This document shows positions 9,765 through 18,306 of a DNA stretch of 64,000 bases, in pieces (within the stretch, counting starts at the first letter, position 1; each line of letters starts with the position of its first letter). Made by a program: the position numbers and the translations under genes. This stretch comes from an uncultured virus (IMG/VR IMGVR_UViG_2898799289_000011). Lineage: Duplodnaviria; Heunggongvirae; Uroviricota; Caudoviricetes. The notes beneath the pieces were generated by a model. It worked only from the letters and a program-made list of their open reading frames with translations, was not told where the DNA came from and did no database searches. Location: the IMG/VR virus record IMGVR_UViG_2898799289_000011; one strand, 5' to 3'.

Positions 9765-11141
9765 ATGACGCTGAGCTTTGCCCCGGATCGGATCGAGATG
9801 TGGCCACTGGCGAGGCTGCAGCCCTACGCCCGCAATGCGAAAACGCATTGCGCGGATCAGGTCGCGAAGATCGCTGCCAGCATGGCCGAGTTTGGCTGGA
9901 CCGTACCCTGCCTCGTGGCGGAGGATGGCGAACTGATTGCAGGGCACGGCCGGGTGCTGGCGGCGACACAACTGGGGCTGACCGAAGCGCCGGTGATCGT
10001 TCTCGGGCATCTGACGGAGGCGCAGCGTCGGGCTTACCGGATCGCGGACAACAAGCTGACGGAACTCGGCACCTGGGACGAGGCGCTGTTGTCGGCGGAA
10101 CTGAACGACCTACTGGCCGAGGATTTCGACCTGTCGCTTGTCGGGTTTTCCGATGGCGAACTCGACAATCTGCTTGCCTTTGTGCCGGAGGGGGACGGGG
10201 AAGAAGGTGGCGCCGGGGGCTCCGTGCCGCCGGTGACCATTCCCGAACCGCCGCGCAACCCGGCGTCTCGCACGGGTGATCTGTGGATCCTCGGCGATCA
10301 CCGGCTGCTCTGCGGCGACAGCACCAGCGCAGCCGACGTGCGCCGCCTGATGAATGGCGAGCGCGCGATCCTGTTCGCGACGGACCCGCCGTATCTGGTG
10401 GACTACGACGGCTCGAACCATCCGACCCGGAACAAGGACTGGTCAGCGTCCTACGGCACCACGTGGGACGACAGTTCGCAGGGCGCGGAACTCTACGACG
10501 GTTTCATCGCGGCGGCCGTGGCCGAGGCCATCGCCGACGATGCCGCCTGGTATTGCTGGCATGCCTCGCGCCGCCAGGCGATGCTGGAAGCCTGCTGGGA
10601 GAAGGCTGGTGCCTTCGTCCATCAGCAGATCATCTGGGTGAAGGACCGCGGAGTTCTGACCCGGTCGCATTACCTCTGGAAGCACGAACCCTGTTTCATG
10701 GGCTGGCGTCGCCCGAACCGCCCGCCGAAGGTGGCCGAGGAAACGCTGCCATCCACATGGGCGCTGCCCAGCTTCGCAAAGGACGACCGGCCCGACCATC
10801 CGACGCCGAAGCCGCTCGACGCCTTCGGGATCCCGATGCGCCAGCATGTGGCGCGGGGCGGCCTCTGCTACGAGCCGTTCTCGGGCTCCGGATCGCAGAT
10901 CATGGCGGGCGAAGCCAATGGCCGACGCATCTTCGCGATGGAAATCAGCCCGGCCTATGTCGATGTCGCCGTGGAGCGCTGGCAGGCCGAGACCGGCCGC
11001 GACGCGATCCGCGACGGTGACGGAAGGACATTCGCGCAGGTGAGGACCGAGCGGCTGGGCGACGATGCCGACGCACGGGCCGATGCGACGGACACGGACG
11101 CCGCCCCCGAACCCGCGCGAAAGCGCAAGACCGCCGCGTGA
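9765..11141 (+). CDS. ParB/Srx-domain plus N4/N6 DNA methyltransferase
   Basis: LIAGHGRV..RIADNK (ParB-like); TDPPY, HPTPKP, EPFSGSGS. Confidence 0.9.
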   Translation: MTLSFAPDRIEMWPLARLQPYARNAKTHCADQVAKIAASMAEFGWTVPCLVAEDGELIAGHGRVLAATQLGLTEAPVIVLGHLTEAQRRAYRIADNKLTELGTWDEALLSAELNDLLAEDFDLSLVGFSDGELDNLLAFVPEGDGEEGGAGGSVPPVTIPEPPRNPASRTGDLWILGDHRLLCGDSTSAADVRRLMNGERAILFATDPPYLVDYDGSNHPTRNKDWSASYGTTWDDSSQGAELYDGFIAAAVAEAIADDAAWYCWHASRRQAMLEACWEKAGAFVHQQIIWVKDRGVLTRSHYLWKHEPCFMGWRRPNRPPKVAEETLPSTWALPSFAKDDRPDHPTPKPLDAFGIPMRQHVARGGLCYEPFSGSGSQIMAGEANGRRIFAMEISPAYVDVAVERWQAETGRDAIRDGDGRTFAQVRTERLGDDADARADATDTDAAPEPARKRKTAA

Positions 11142-12253
11142 CATGCATGACCTGGCTTTACCTTCCTCCGGACGCGCTTCCGGAGCCGGAGACGCATGCC
11201 TCTTCGGCCTCTCCCTCTGCTCCGGCGCAGGCGGGCTCGATCTCGGGCTTGTCCTCGCCATCCCCGGATATCGTGCTGTGGGCCATGTCGAACGGGAAAC
11301 CTACGCCGCAGCCACTCTCGTGGCGCGGATGGAAGACGCGTCCCTGGATCGCGCGCCTGTCTGGGACGACGTTGGAACCTTCGACGGCCGCCCTTGGCGC
11401 GGCGCGGTGGACATCGTCACTGCGGGCTATCCGTGCCAGCCGTTCTCGGTCGCGGGCAAGCGCCGGGGTGCCGACGACCCGCGCCACCTCTGGCCCCATG
11501 TCGCCCGCATCATCGACGAGGTCCGGCCGCCCTTCGTCTTCCTCGAGAATGTCGCTCATCATCTCCGTCTCGGCTTCCCCGAAGTCGCCAGCGGAATGGT
11601 CGGCATGGGCTACCGCCTTGCGGCAGGCCTCTTCACGGCGGCGGAAGTCGGCGCGCCCCACAAGCGCGAACGGCTGTTCATCCTTGCCATCCGCGAGGGG
11701 GACGAGCTGGCCGACCCCGCGCGCCTGCTCTGGGACCCGGTCGAGTGGCGGGAACCGGACGGAGCTGCTGCGGCTCTGGCCGACGCCGAGGGCCAGCGCG
11801 AACGAGAACCGGCAGACGAAGCCGACGCCTTCGCAAGCGGCGGGGCAGCATGGGATGAACCTCGCGACGACGGCCGCGCTCTGGCCGACGCCGATGGCGA
11901 ACGACGGCTGCAAGCCGAGCGCGGGCAACCGTCGCTTGGCCGACCTGACCCATTCGGCGGGGATGTGGATGACGCCGACGGCTCGAGACCACAAGGATGG
12001 GGCGACCACCTTGGCGAACACGCCGGTGAACGGGCTGCTTGGCCGCCAGGTCCTGGTGACACCGACGGCTGGGCCGAATACCTCCGACGTGCGCCGAACC
12101 TTGAACCCGCTGTTCGTCGAGGCGCTGATGGGCTGGCCCACCGGGTGGACCGGCTTCGCCTCTGTGGCAACGGCGTGGTCCCCTTGGTTGCGGCGCATGC
12201 GCTGCGAACTCTGGCAGTTGAACTGCTGGCCGATGGATGAGGTGGCGGCATGA
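11138..12253 (+). CDS. Overlapping-frame ORF carrying a C5-MTase motif IX-like segment (beta-like chain)
   Basis: WPTP repeats and LNPLFVEALMGWPTGWT; GTGA and ATGA coupling to both neighbours. Confidence 0.65.
   Translation: MTCMTWLYLPPDALPEPETHASSASPSAPAQAGSISGLSSPSPDIVLWAMSNGKPTPQPLSWRGWKTRPWIARLSGTTLEPSTAALGAARWTSSLRAIRASRSRSRASAGVPTTRATSGPMSPASSTRSGRPSSSSRMSLIISVSASPKSPAEWSAWATALRQASSRRRKSARPTSANGCSSLPSARGTSWPTPRACSGTRSSGGNRTELLRLWPTPRASANENRQTKPTPSQAAGQHGMNLATTAALWPTPMANDGCKPSAGNRRLADLTHSAGMWMTPTARDHKDGATTLANTPVNGLLGRQVLVTPTAGPNTSDVRRTLNPLFVEALMGWPTGWTGFASVATAWSPWLRRMRCELWQLNCWPMDEVAA
11143..12240 (+). CDS. C5 cytosine methyltransferase, alpha-like chain (motifs I-VIII and X)
   Basis: CSGAGG, GYPCQPFS, ENV, HKRERLF, CGNGVV; no motif IX in this frame. 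Confidence 0.88.
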   Translation: MHDLALPSSGRASGAGDACLFGLSLCSGAGGLDLGLVLAIPGYRAVGHVERETYAAATLVARMEDASLDRAPVWDDVGTFDGRPWRGAVDIVTAGYPCQPFSVAGKRRGADDPRHLWPHVARIIDEVRPPFVFLENVAHHLRLGFPEVASGMVGMGYRLAAGLFTAAEVGAPHKRERLFILAIREGDELADPARLLWDPVEWREPDGAAAALADAEGQREREPADEADAFASGGAAWDEPRDDGRALADADGERRLQAERGQPSLGRPDPFGGDVDDADGSRPQGWGDHLGEHAGERAAWPPGPGDTDGWAEYLRRAPNLEPAVRRGADGLAHRVDRLRLCGNGVVPLVAAHALRTLAVELLADG

Positions 12254-12459
12254 AGCAAACCCGCCTCATGTCGCTGGTCGAGTCCGTCGCCAACGTGATC
12301 GTCGGCTATGGCGTCGCCGTGGTCACGCAGATCGTGATCTTCCCTATCTTCGGGCTGCACACGACGCTGGCCCAGAACCTGAAGATGGGCGCGGTGTTCA
12401 CCGTGGTCAGCATCGCGCGGTCCTACGTCCTGCGGCGGCTGTTCGAAAGGTTCCGTTGA
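12250..12459 (+). CDS. Small two-TM membrane protein
   Basis: GAGGTGG RBS; two hydrophobic segments. Confidence 0.75.
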   Translation: MKQTRLMSLVESVANVIVGYGVAVVTQIVIFPIFGLHTTLAQNLKMGAVFTVVSIARSYVLRRLFERFR

Positions 12460-12689
12460 CGTGATGCGGGACGATCATTTATCCTGGCGCTGCTGCGAAT
12501 TCGGCCACGGCCGAATTGAGTAAGCCAGCGGCTACTCTGACCTGAGGTCTTTTCCTGCAGGTTTCGCGGTCCGGCATGCGGAGCCACGGATTACCGGGCC
12601 TCGCGCGAGCAGGAGCTTCCAGCCGGGGAGCGTCCGTTACGGGCGTCGCGCATTCGCTTCTCACGAAGTCGAATGAAAGGGCCCGTGTA

Positions 12690-13064
12690 ATGGGATTTGT
12701 TAAACGTATCCGTCAAAGGAAGATGATAGCCCAAGGTGGCCGCTGCTACTATTGCGGCCTGCCGATGTGGGACGATGCTGTGGAAGCCGCATCTTCTCAA
12801 CGAAACTACCAAACGAGGCGGACCCCAAAGGCGCTACGCTGCACCGCCGAGCATCTACACGCCCGCTCCGACGGTGGTCGCGACACGGATGAGAACATCG
12901 TTGCGGCGTGCTGGTACTGCAACAGCCAGCGCCATAAGCGGAAGTGCCCGCCCTCGCCCGAAGAGCATCGCGTGTATGTCCAGAAGCGCATGGCAGCCGG
13001 AAAGTGGCTGCTGGCGCAGGTGTCATTGGTCGGTCTCACAGCGACACTGACGAGGCCATTGTAG
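12690..13064 (+). CDS. HNH endonuclease
   Basis: RCYYCG, TAEHL..RSDGG, NIVAACWYCN; likely start ATG 12690; lower GC than flanks. Confidence 0.8.
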   Translation: MGFVKRIRQRKMIAQGGRCYYCGLPMWDDAVEAASSQRNYQTRRTPKALRCTAEHLHARSDGGRDTDENIVAACWYCNSQRHKRKCPPSPEEHRVYVQKRMAAGKWLLAQVSLVGLTATLTRPL

Positions 13065-13070
13065 ATAAAG

Positions 13071-13095
13071 GCCGCCGCCCAGTCGGGGCGGCGGC
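13071..13095. terminator. GC-rich hairpin between convergent genes
   Basis: GCCGCCGCCC-AGTCG-GGGCGGCGGC. Confidence 0.6.
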
Positions 13096-13115
13096 GTCGC
13101 ATTTCTGGCGTTGGG

Positions 13116-13634
13116 TCAGGCGCCGGGAAGCCGGTAGACCCGCCCGCGCCCCTCTACCTTCTCCGAGGTCACCTCGAGCCCGAGCTTCTTCTTCAGAGCA
13201 CCGGCCATCGCGCCGCGTACCGTGTGCGACTGCCAGTCCGTCGCTGCCATGATCTCCTCGATTGTGGCGCCGTCCGGTGCCCGCAACATTTCAATCAGCG
13301 CTTCCTGCTTGGTGCCCTTCCGGCGCGGGGAAGATGTGGTGACGTTTTCGGCTGGTGTCGTGGTGGCATCGTGCTCGGTGATCCCGAGCATGCTCTGTGC
13401 CAGCGGCGTTGCGCGCAAGGTGATCGGGCCGCGCGCCTCGTCGTGCCGCCAGACGGTGTTGATGTCGGTGGCCGGGACTTCTTCGATCAGCCCGAGCTTC
13501 AGGAGGCTCTTGCAGACATTGCCGACAGCGCCGCCCTTCAGCTTGGCGGTGACGGGGAATACCGCGCCACCATCACGCGCGCAGGCCGCCGAGAGGACAA
13601 CGGCTTGGGTGTCGGTCAGCTGGATCTGGGTCAT
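13116..13634 (-). CDS. DUF3489-like winged-helix protein
   Basis: TKQEALIEML..GATIEEI..WQSHTVRGAMAGALKKKLG..RVYRL. Confidence 0.8.
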   Translation of the reverse strand: MTQIQLTDTQAVVLSAACARDGGAVFPVTAKLKGGAVGNVCKSLLKLGLIEEVPATDINTVWRHDEARGPITLRATPLAQSMLGITEHDATTTPAENVTTSSPRRKGTKQEALIEMLRAPDGATIEEIMAATDWQSHTVRGAMAGALKKKLGLEVTSEKVEGRGRVYRLPGA

Positions 13635-13730
13635 GGGGTCGTCTCCGTTCTCGGGGCCGCGACCGTCGCAGCCCTTCTACGACCCCAAGCCGCGCTGGGC
13701 GCGCGGCTGGAGCTTTGGCGTTGCGGTTGG

Positions 13731-13955
13731 TCAGATGGCGTGCTCGCCCTCCCTGAAGGCGCTGTCGCTGATCTCGCGCAGCTTGGCGCGGTAGTGGTTC
13801 AGGGTGCCGACGTGGCCCCAGTGGATCTCGTCGGGGCTGGTCTCGAAATGGTCCGCGCTGAGGGCGGCGAGCCGCTCCAGCATCGCGTCGATCTCGGCCT
13901 TGGCGTCGATGAAGGCGTCGAGGGCTTTGGTGTTATCGGTGGCGCGGCGGGTCAT
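13731..13955 (-). CDS. Phage hypothetical protein
   Basis: GGAG RBS before ATG 13955; ALDAFI..PDEIHWGHVGTL. Confidence 0.7.
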   Translation of the reverse strand: MTRRATDNTKALDAFIDAKAEIDAMLERLAALSADHFETSPDEIHWGHVGTLNHYRAKLREISDSAFREGEHAI

Positions 13956-14067
13956 TTCGGTGGCTCCTTGGCGAGTTGCATCGTCCTTGTGGGATGAACG
14001 TTCGCTCCAGGGGCGCAGCTTATCAACTCGATAAGCACATGAATCTGAATGATAATCGGAGCCGTCG

Positions 14068-14628
14068 ATGCAGGGCATGAGCGAGCGCCAGTACGCCGCG
14101 CATGTCGGCCTGTCGCGGGGCGCGATCCAGAAGGCGAAGACTGCCGAGCGGCTGGTCCTCTATCCCGACGGCAGCATCAACGCTGCCGCCAGCGATGCGC
14201 GGCGTGCCGAGACGACAGACCCCTCGAAGACCTGCAAGCCGCCCGCGCCGAAGCTGAAGCCCGTCCCCGAGGCGGCGGTGGCCGCTGTCGGCGACACGCT
14301 GCGCGAACAGGGTCTGGCGGTTCCGGCGGTGGGCAGCGGCACGACCTTCCTTCAGGCGAAGACCGCGAACGAGGTGCTGAAGGCGCAGGAGCGGCGCATC
14401 CGGCTCCAGAAGCTGAAGGGGGAGTTGATCGAGCGGGCCCGCGCGCTGTCGCTGGTGTTCCGGCTGGCGCGGGAGGAACGGGACGCATGGGTAAACTGGC
14501 CTGCGCGCGCGGCGGCGCTGATGGCGGCCGATCTGGGCGTCGAGCCAGCCGCGATGCAGAAGGTCCTTGAGAAACATGTCCGTGCCCACCTCGACGAGCT
14601 TGCCGAGGTCCGGCCTGACTTCCGGTGA
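14068..14628 (+). CDS. Terminase small subunit (Nu1-like)
   Basis: N-terminal HTH, coiled coil KLKGELI; directly upstream of the large subunit. Confidence 0.75.
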   Translation: MQGMSERQYAAHVGLSRGAIQKAKTAERLVLYPDGSINAAASDARRAETTDPSKTCKPPAPKLKPVPEAAVAAVGDTLREQGLAVPAVGSGTTFLQAKTANEVLKAQERRIRLQKLKGELIERARALSLVFRLAREERDAWVNWPARAAALMAADLGVEPAAMQKVLEKHVRAHLDELAEVRPDFR

Positions 14629-16579
14629 TGATGAGGGCCTGACCGACTTCGACGGCGCAGCAGAAATCCTGCGCACCTGGGGTGCAGGGCTGACGCCCGA
14701 CGCGGACCTGACCGTCTCGCAATGGGCGGACCGGCACAGGATGCTGTCGGGCCGGGCTTCCGCCGAACCGGGGCGCTATCGCTCGGCCCGCACGCCTTAC
14801 ATGCGCGAAATCATGGATCGGCTGTCGCCCGGCGACGAGATGCAGCGCATCGTGTTCATGAAGGCCGCACAGGTCGGCGCGACCGAGGCGGGCAACAACT
14901 GGATCGGGTTCGCCATTCACCAGGCGCCGGGCCCGATGCTGGCGGTCCAGCCGACGGTGGAGTTGGCCAAGCGCAACTCGCGCCAGCGGATCGACCCGCT
15001 GATCGACGAGAGCCCGGAGCTTCGGGAGAGGGTGAAGCCCGCACGATCCCGCGATGCGGGCAACACGATGCTGTCCAAGGAATTCGCGGGCGGCATCCTG
15101 ATCATGACCGGGGCGAACTCGGCGGTCGGGCTGCGCTCGACCCCGGCGCGGTACATCTTCCTCGACGAGGTGGACGCCTATCCGGCCTCGGCCGACGAGG
15201 AAGGCGATCCGGTCACCCTGGCGGAAGCGCGGTCACTGACCTTCGCACATCGGCGCAAGGTCTTCCTGGTCTCGACCCCGACCATCCGGGGGCTGAGCCG
15301 GATCGAACGGGAATACGAGGCCAGCGACCAGCGGCGGTTCTTCGTGCCGTGCCCGCATTGTAGTGCGATGCAGTGGCTGAAGTTCGATCGGCTGCGCTGG
15401 CAGAAGGGCCGCCCGGAGACGGCGGAATATCACTGCGAGGGCTGTGACGCGGCAATCGCGGAGCACCACAAGACGACGATGTTGGAGGGCGGCGAATGGC
15501 GGGCGACCGCCACGGCGGCCGATCCGACCACGGTCGGCTACCACCTCTCGGCGCTCTATTCGCCGGTGGGCTGGCTCAGCTGGTCCCGCATTGCCCGTGG
15601 CTGGGAGGCGGCCCAAGGGTCGGACGAGGCGATCAAGGCGTTCCGCAACACGATCCTCGGCGAGACATGGGTCGAGACCGGAGAAGCGCCGGACTGGCAG
15701 CGGCTCTACGACCGCCGCGAGCGCTGGAAATCCGGCACCGTGCCTGCGGGCGGGTTGTTCCTGACTGCCGGGGCCGACGTCCAGAAGGACCGGATCGAGG
15801 TCGATGTCTGGGCCTGGGGGCGCGGGCTGGAAAGCTGGCTGGTCGATCACGTCGTGATCGAGGGCGGGCCCGACCGGCACGATGCATGGTCGGAACTGAC
15901 CGCGCTGCTGGACCGGTCATGGCCGCATGAACGTGGCGCGCATCTGCGCATCGCGCGACTTGCCATCGACACGGGTTATGAGGCCCCGGCGGTCTACTCC
16001 TGGTCGCGGGCGCAAGGGTTTGGGCAGGTATCGCCGGTCAAGGGCGTCGAGGGTTTCAACCGTTCGAGCCCCGTTTCGGGGCCGACCTTCGTCGACGCGA
16101 CCGAGGGTGGCAAACGCCTGCGGCGCGGGGCTCGGCTATGGACCGTGGCGGTGTCGACCTTCAAGGCCGAGACCTACCGCTTCCTGCGGTTGGCGCGGCC
16201 GACCGAAGAGGACATGGCCGAGGGGGCCGCGTTTCCGCCCGGTTCGGTCCATCTGCCGCATTGGGTCGAGAACGAATGGCTGAAGCAGTTCGTGGCCGAA
16301 CAGCTGGTGACAGTGCGCACCAAGCGCGGCTTTGCCCGGCTTGAATGGCAGAAGCTGCGCGAGCGCAACGAGGCGCTGGATTGCCGGGTCTATGCCCGCG
16401 CCGCCGCCTGGATCGCGGGCGCGGACCGTTGGCCCGACGAGAAATGGCGCGACCTCGAGGATCAGCTCGGGGCCGCCCCCACCGACACCGATCCCGCGGG
16501 ACAGATCAACCGGCCGGGACAGGCCCCGCAGGGCAAGCGCCGCTCCGATTGGCTCGGACGGCGCGGAGGATGGTTTTGA
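14567..16579 (+). CDS. Terminase large subunit, lambda GpA family (start uncertain)
   Basis: RTPY, KAAQVGAT, FLDEVD, STPT, CPHC..C, GADVQ, NEALDC. Confidence 0.95.
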   Translation: MRNMSVPTSTSLPRSGLTSGDDEGLTDFDGAAEILRTWGAGLTPDADLTVSQWADRHRMLSGRASAEPGRYRSARTPYMREIMDRLSPGDEMQRIVFMKAAQVGATEAGNNWIGFAIHQAPGPMLAVQPTVELAKRNSRQRIDPLIDESPELRERVKPARSRDAGNTMLSKEFAGGILIMTGANSAVGLRSTPARYIFLDEVDAYPASADEEGDPVTLAEARSLTFAHRRKVFLVSTPTIRGLSRIEREYEASDQRRFFVPCPHCSAMQWLKFDRLRWQKGRPETAEYHCEGCDAAIAEHHKTTMLEGGEWRATATAADPTTVGYHLSALYSPVGWLSWSRIARGWEAAQGSDEAIKAFRNTILGETWVETGEAPDWQRLYDRRERWKSGTVPAGGLFLTAGADVQKDRIEVDVWAWGRGLESWLVDHVVIEGGPDRHDAWSELTALLDRSWPHERGAHLRIARLAIDTGYEAPAVYSWSRAQGFGQVSPVKGVEGFNRSSPVSGPTFVDATEGGKRLRRGARLWTVAVSTFKAETYRFLRLARPTEEDMAEGAAFPPGSVHLPHWVENEWLKQFVAEQLVTVRTKRGFARLEWQKLRERNEALDCRVYARAAAWIAGADRWPDEKWRDLEDQLGAAPTDTDPAGQINRPGQAPQGKRRSDWLGRRGGWF

Positions 16580-16581
16580 AC

Positions 16582-16791
16582 ATGACCGACTGGACGGAAA
16601 CCGAGCTCTCGGCGCTGCGCCGGGCCTATGCCAGCGGCACGACCCGGGTCAGCTATGACGGCAAGTCGGTCGACTACGGCTCGGCCGAGGATCTGCTCGC
16701 CCGCATCCGCACCATCGAGCGCGCGATCGCCGGGACAACCCGACCGCTGCCGGTGTCCGGGTTCGCGGGCTTCAGTCGCGGAGATCGCTGA
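16582..16791 (+). CDS. Head-tail joining protein (gpW-like)
   Basis: Between terminase and portal; RVSYDGKSVDY. Confidence 0.8.
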   Translation: MTDWTETELSALRRAYASGTTRVSYDGKSVDYGSAEDLLARIRTIERAIAGTTRPLPVSGFAGFSRGDR

Positions 16792-18302
16792 TGTCGGCCA
16801 ACTGGTTCGATCATGCCATCGCATCGGTGGCGCCGCGCATGGCGGCCAGACGCGTGATGGCGCGTCAGGCCTTCGAGACCCTGACGCGGGGCTATGACGG
16901 TGCGGCGCGCGGGCGGCGGACCGAGGGCTGGCGTGCGCCGGTATCCTCGGCCGACACCGAAATCGGCGTGGCCGGGGCGCTCTTGCGTGACCGGATGCGC
17001 GATCTGGTGCGCAACAACCCGCATGCGGCCAAGGCCGTGGCGGTGCTGGTGAACAACATCATCGGCGCAGGCATCATGCCGCGAGCCGCGAGCGGCGATG
17101 ACACGCTGGACCGCAAAGTCGATGCGCTGTTTGCCCGCTGGTCAGCGGACTGCGACGCTGACGGCCAGCTCGACTTCTACGGCCTGCAAACGCTGATCTG
17201 CCGCGAGATGGTTGAGGCGGGCGAAGTCCTGGTGCGCCGCCGTTTGCGCCGGTCGTCGGACGGATTGCCGGTACCACTGCAGCTGCAGGTGCTGGAGGCC
17301 GACTTCCTCGACGCCACCAAGTCCGGCGTCCTTAGCGGTGCCCGGCTTGTGCAGGGGATCGAATTCGATCCGGTCGGCAAGCGCCGGGCCTACTGGCTGC
17401 ATGGCGAGCACCCCGGCGATGCCTGGGGCGCGCTGCAGGGCGGGCTTGGGTCTCGCCCGGTCCCGGCGACCGAGATCGCCCATGTCTACGAGAAGCAGCG
17501 CACGCAGGCGCGTGGCGTTCCCTGGGGCGCGCCGGTGATCCGAAGTCTGCGCGATCTCGACGATTACGAGGTGGCGGAACTTGTCCGCAAGAAGACCGAG
17601 GCCTGCGTCACCGCCATCGTCTTCGGCGATGATGAATCCCAGCAGGGCATTGCACCCACCGTGGTCGATGCCGACGGCAACCGGGTCGAGCAGTTCGAGC
17701 CGGGGCTGATCGCCTATGCTCGCGGTGGCAAGGACATCCGCTTCAACCAGCCGTCCGCCACCGGCGGTTACGGCGAGTACAAGCGGGCGAGCCTGCACAC
17801 GATCTCGGCCGGCTTCCGCGTGCCCTACGAACTTCTGACCGGTGACCTCAGCCAGGTCAACTATTCCTCGATCCGGGCGGGGCTGGTCGAGTTCCGCCGC
17901 ATGATCGACGCCGTCCAGTGGCAACTCTTCATCCCGATGCTCTGCGCGCCGGTCTGGCGCTGGTTCACCGAAGCCGCATGGGCGGCAGGCCAGATCCCCA
18001 CGCCGGACGTGCGGGTGGAATGGTCGCCGCCGAAGTTCGACGCAGTCGATCCCTACAAGGACGCGATGGCCGATCTGCTGGCGATCCGGACAGGGACCAT
18101 GACGCTGTCGCAGGCCATCGCCCGGCAGGGTCACAACCCGGACGCGGTCCTCGCAGAAATCGCCGCGACCAACGCCAAGCTCGACGGCCTCGGTCTCGTG
18201 CTCGACAGCGATCCGCGCCGCGTCACCAAGACCGGCAGCGCGCAGGCGGGCGACCCGACCAGTGACCCGGCCGCCCCCGCATCCGAACCAGAGAAGGAAT
18301 AG
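16791..18302 (+). CDS. Portal protein, lambda family
   Basis: YDGA, RDLVRNN, RGVPW, GDLSQVNYSSIR, VDPYKD. Confidence 0.95.
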   Translation: MSANWFDHAIASVAPRMAARRVMARQAFETLTRGYDGAARGRRTEGWRAPVSSADTEIGVAGALLRDRMRDLVRNNPHAAKAVAVLVNNIIGAGIMPRAASGDDTLDRKVDALFARWSADCDADGQLDFYGLQTLICREMVEAGEVLVRRRLRRSSDGLPVPLQLQVLEADFLDATKSGVLSGARLVQGIEFDPVGKRRAYWLHGEHPGDAWGALQGGLGSRPVPATEIAHVYEKQRTQARGVPWGAPVIRSLRDLDDYEVAELVRKKTEACVTAIVFGDDESQQGIAPTVVDADGNRVEQFEPGLIAYARGGKDIRFNQPSATGGYGEYKRASLHTISAGFRVPYELLTGDLSQVNYSSIRAGLVEFRRMIDAVQWQLFIPMLCAPVWRWFTEAAWAAGQIPTPDVRVEWSPPKFDAVDPYKDAMADLLAIRTGTMTLSQAIARQGHNPDAVLAEIAATNAKLDGLGLVLDSDPRRVTKTGSAQAGDPTSDPAAPASEPEKE

Positions 18303-18306
18303 GGCC

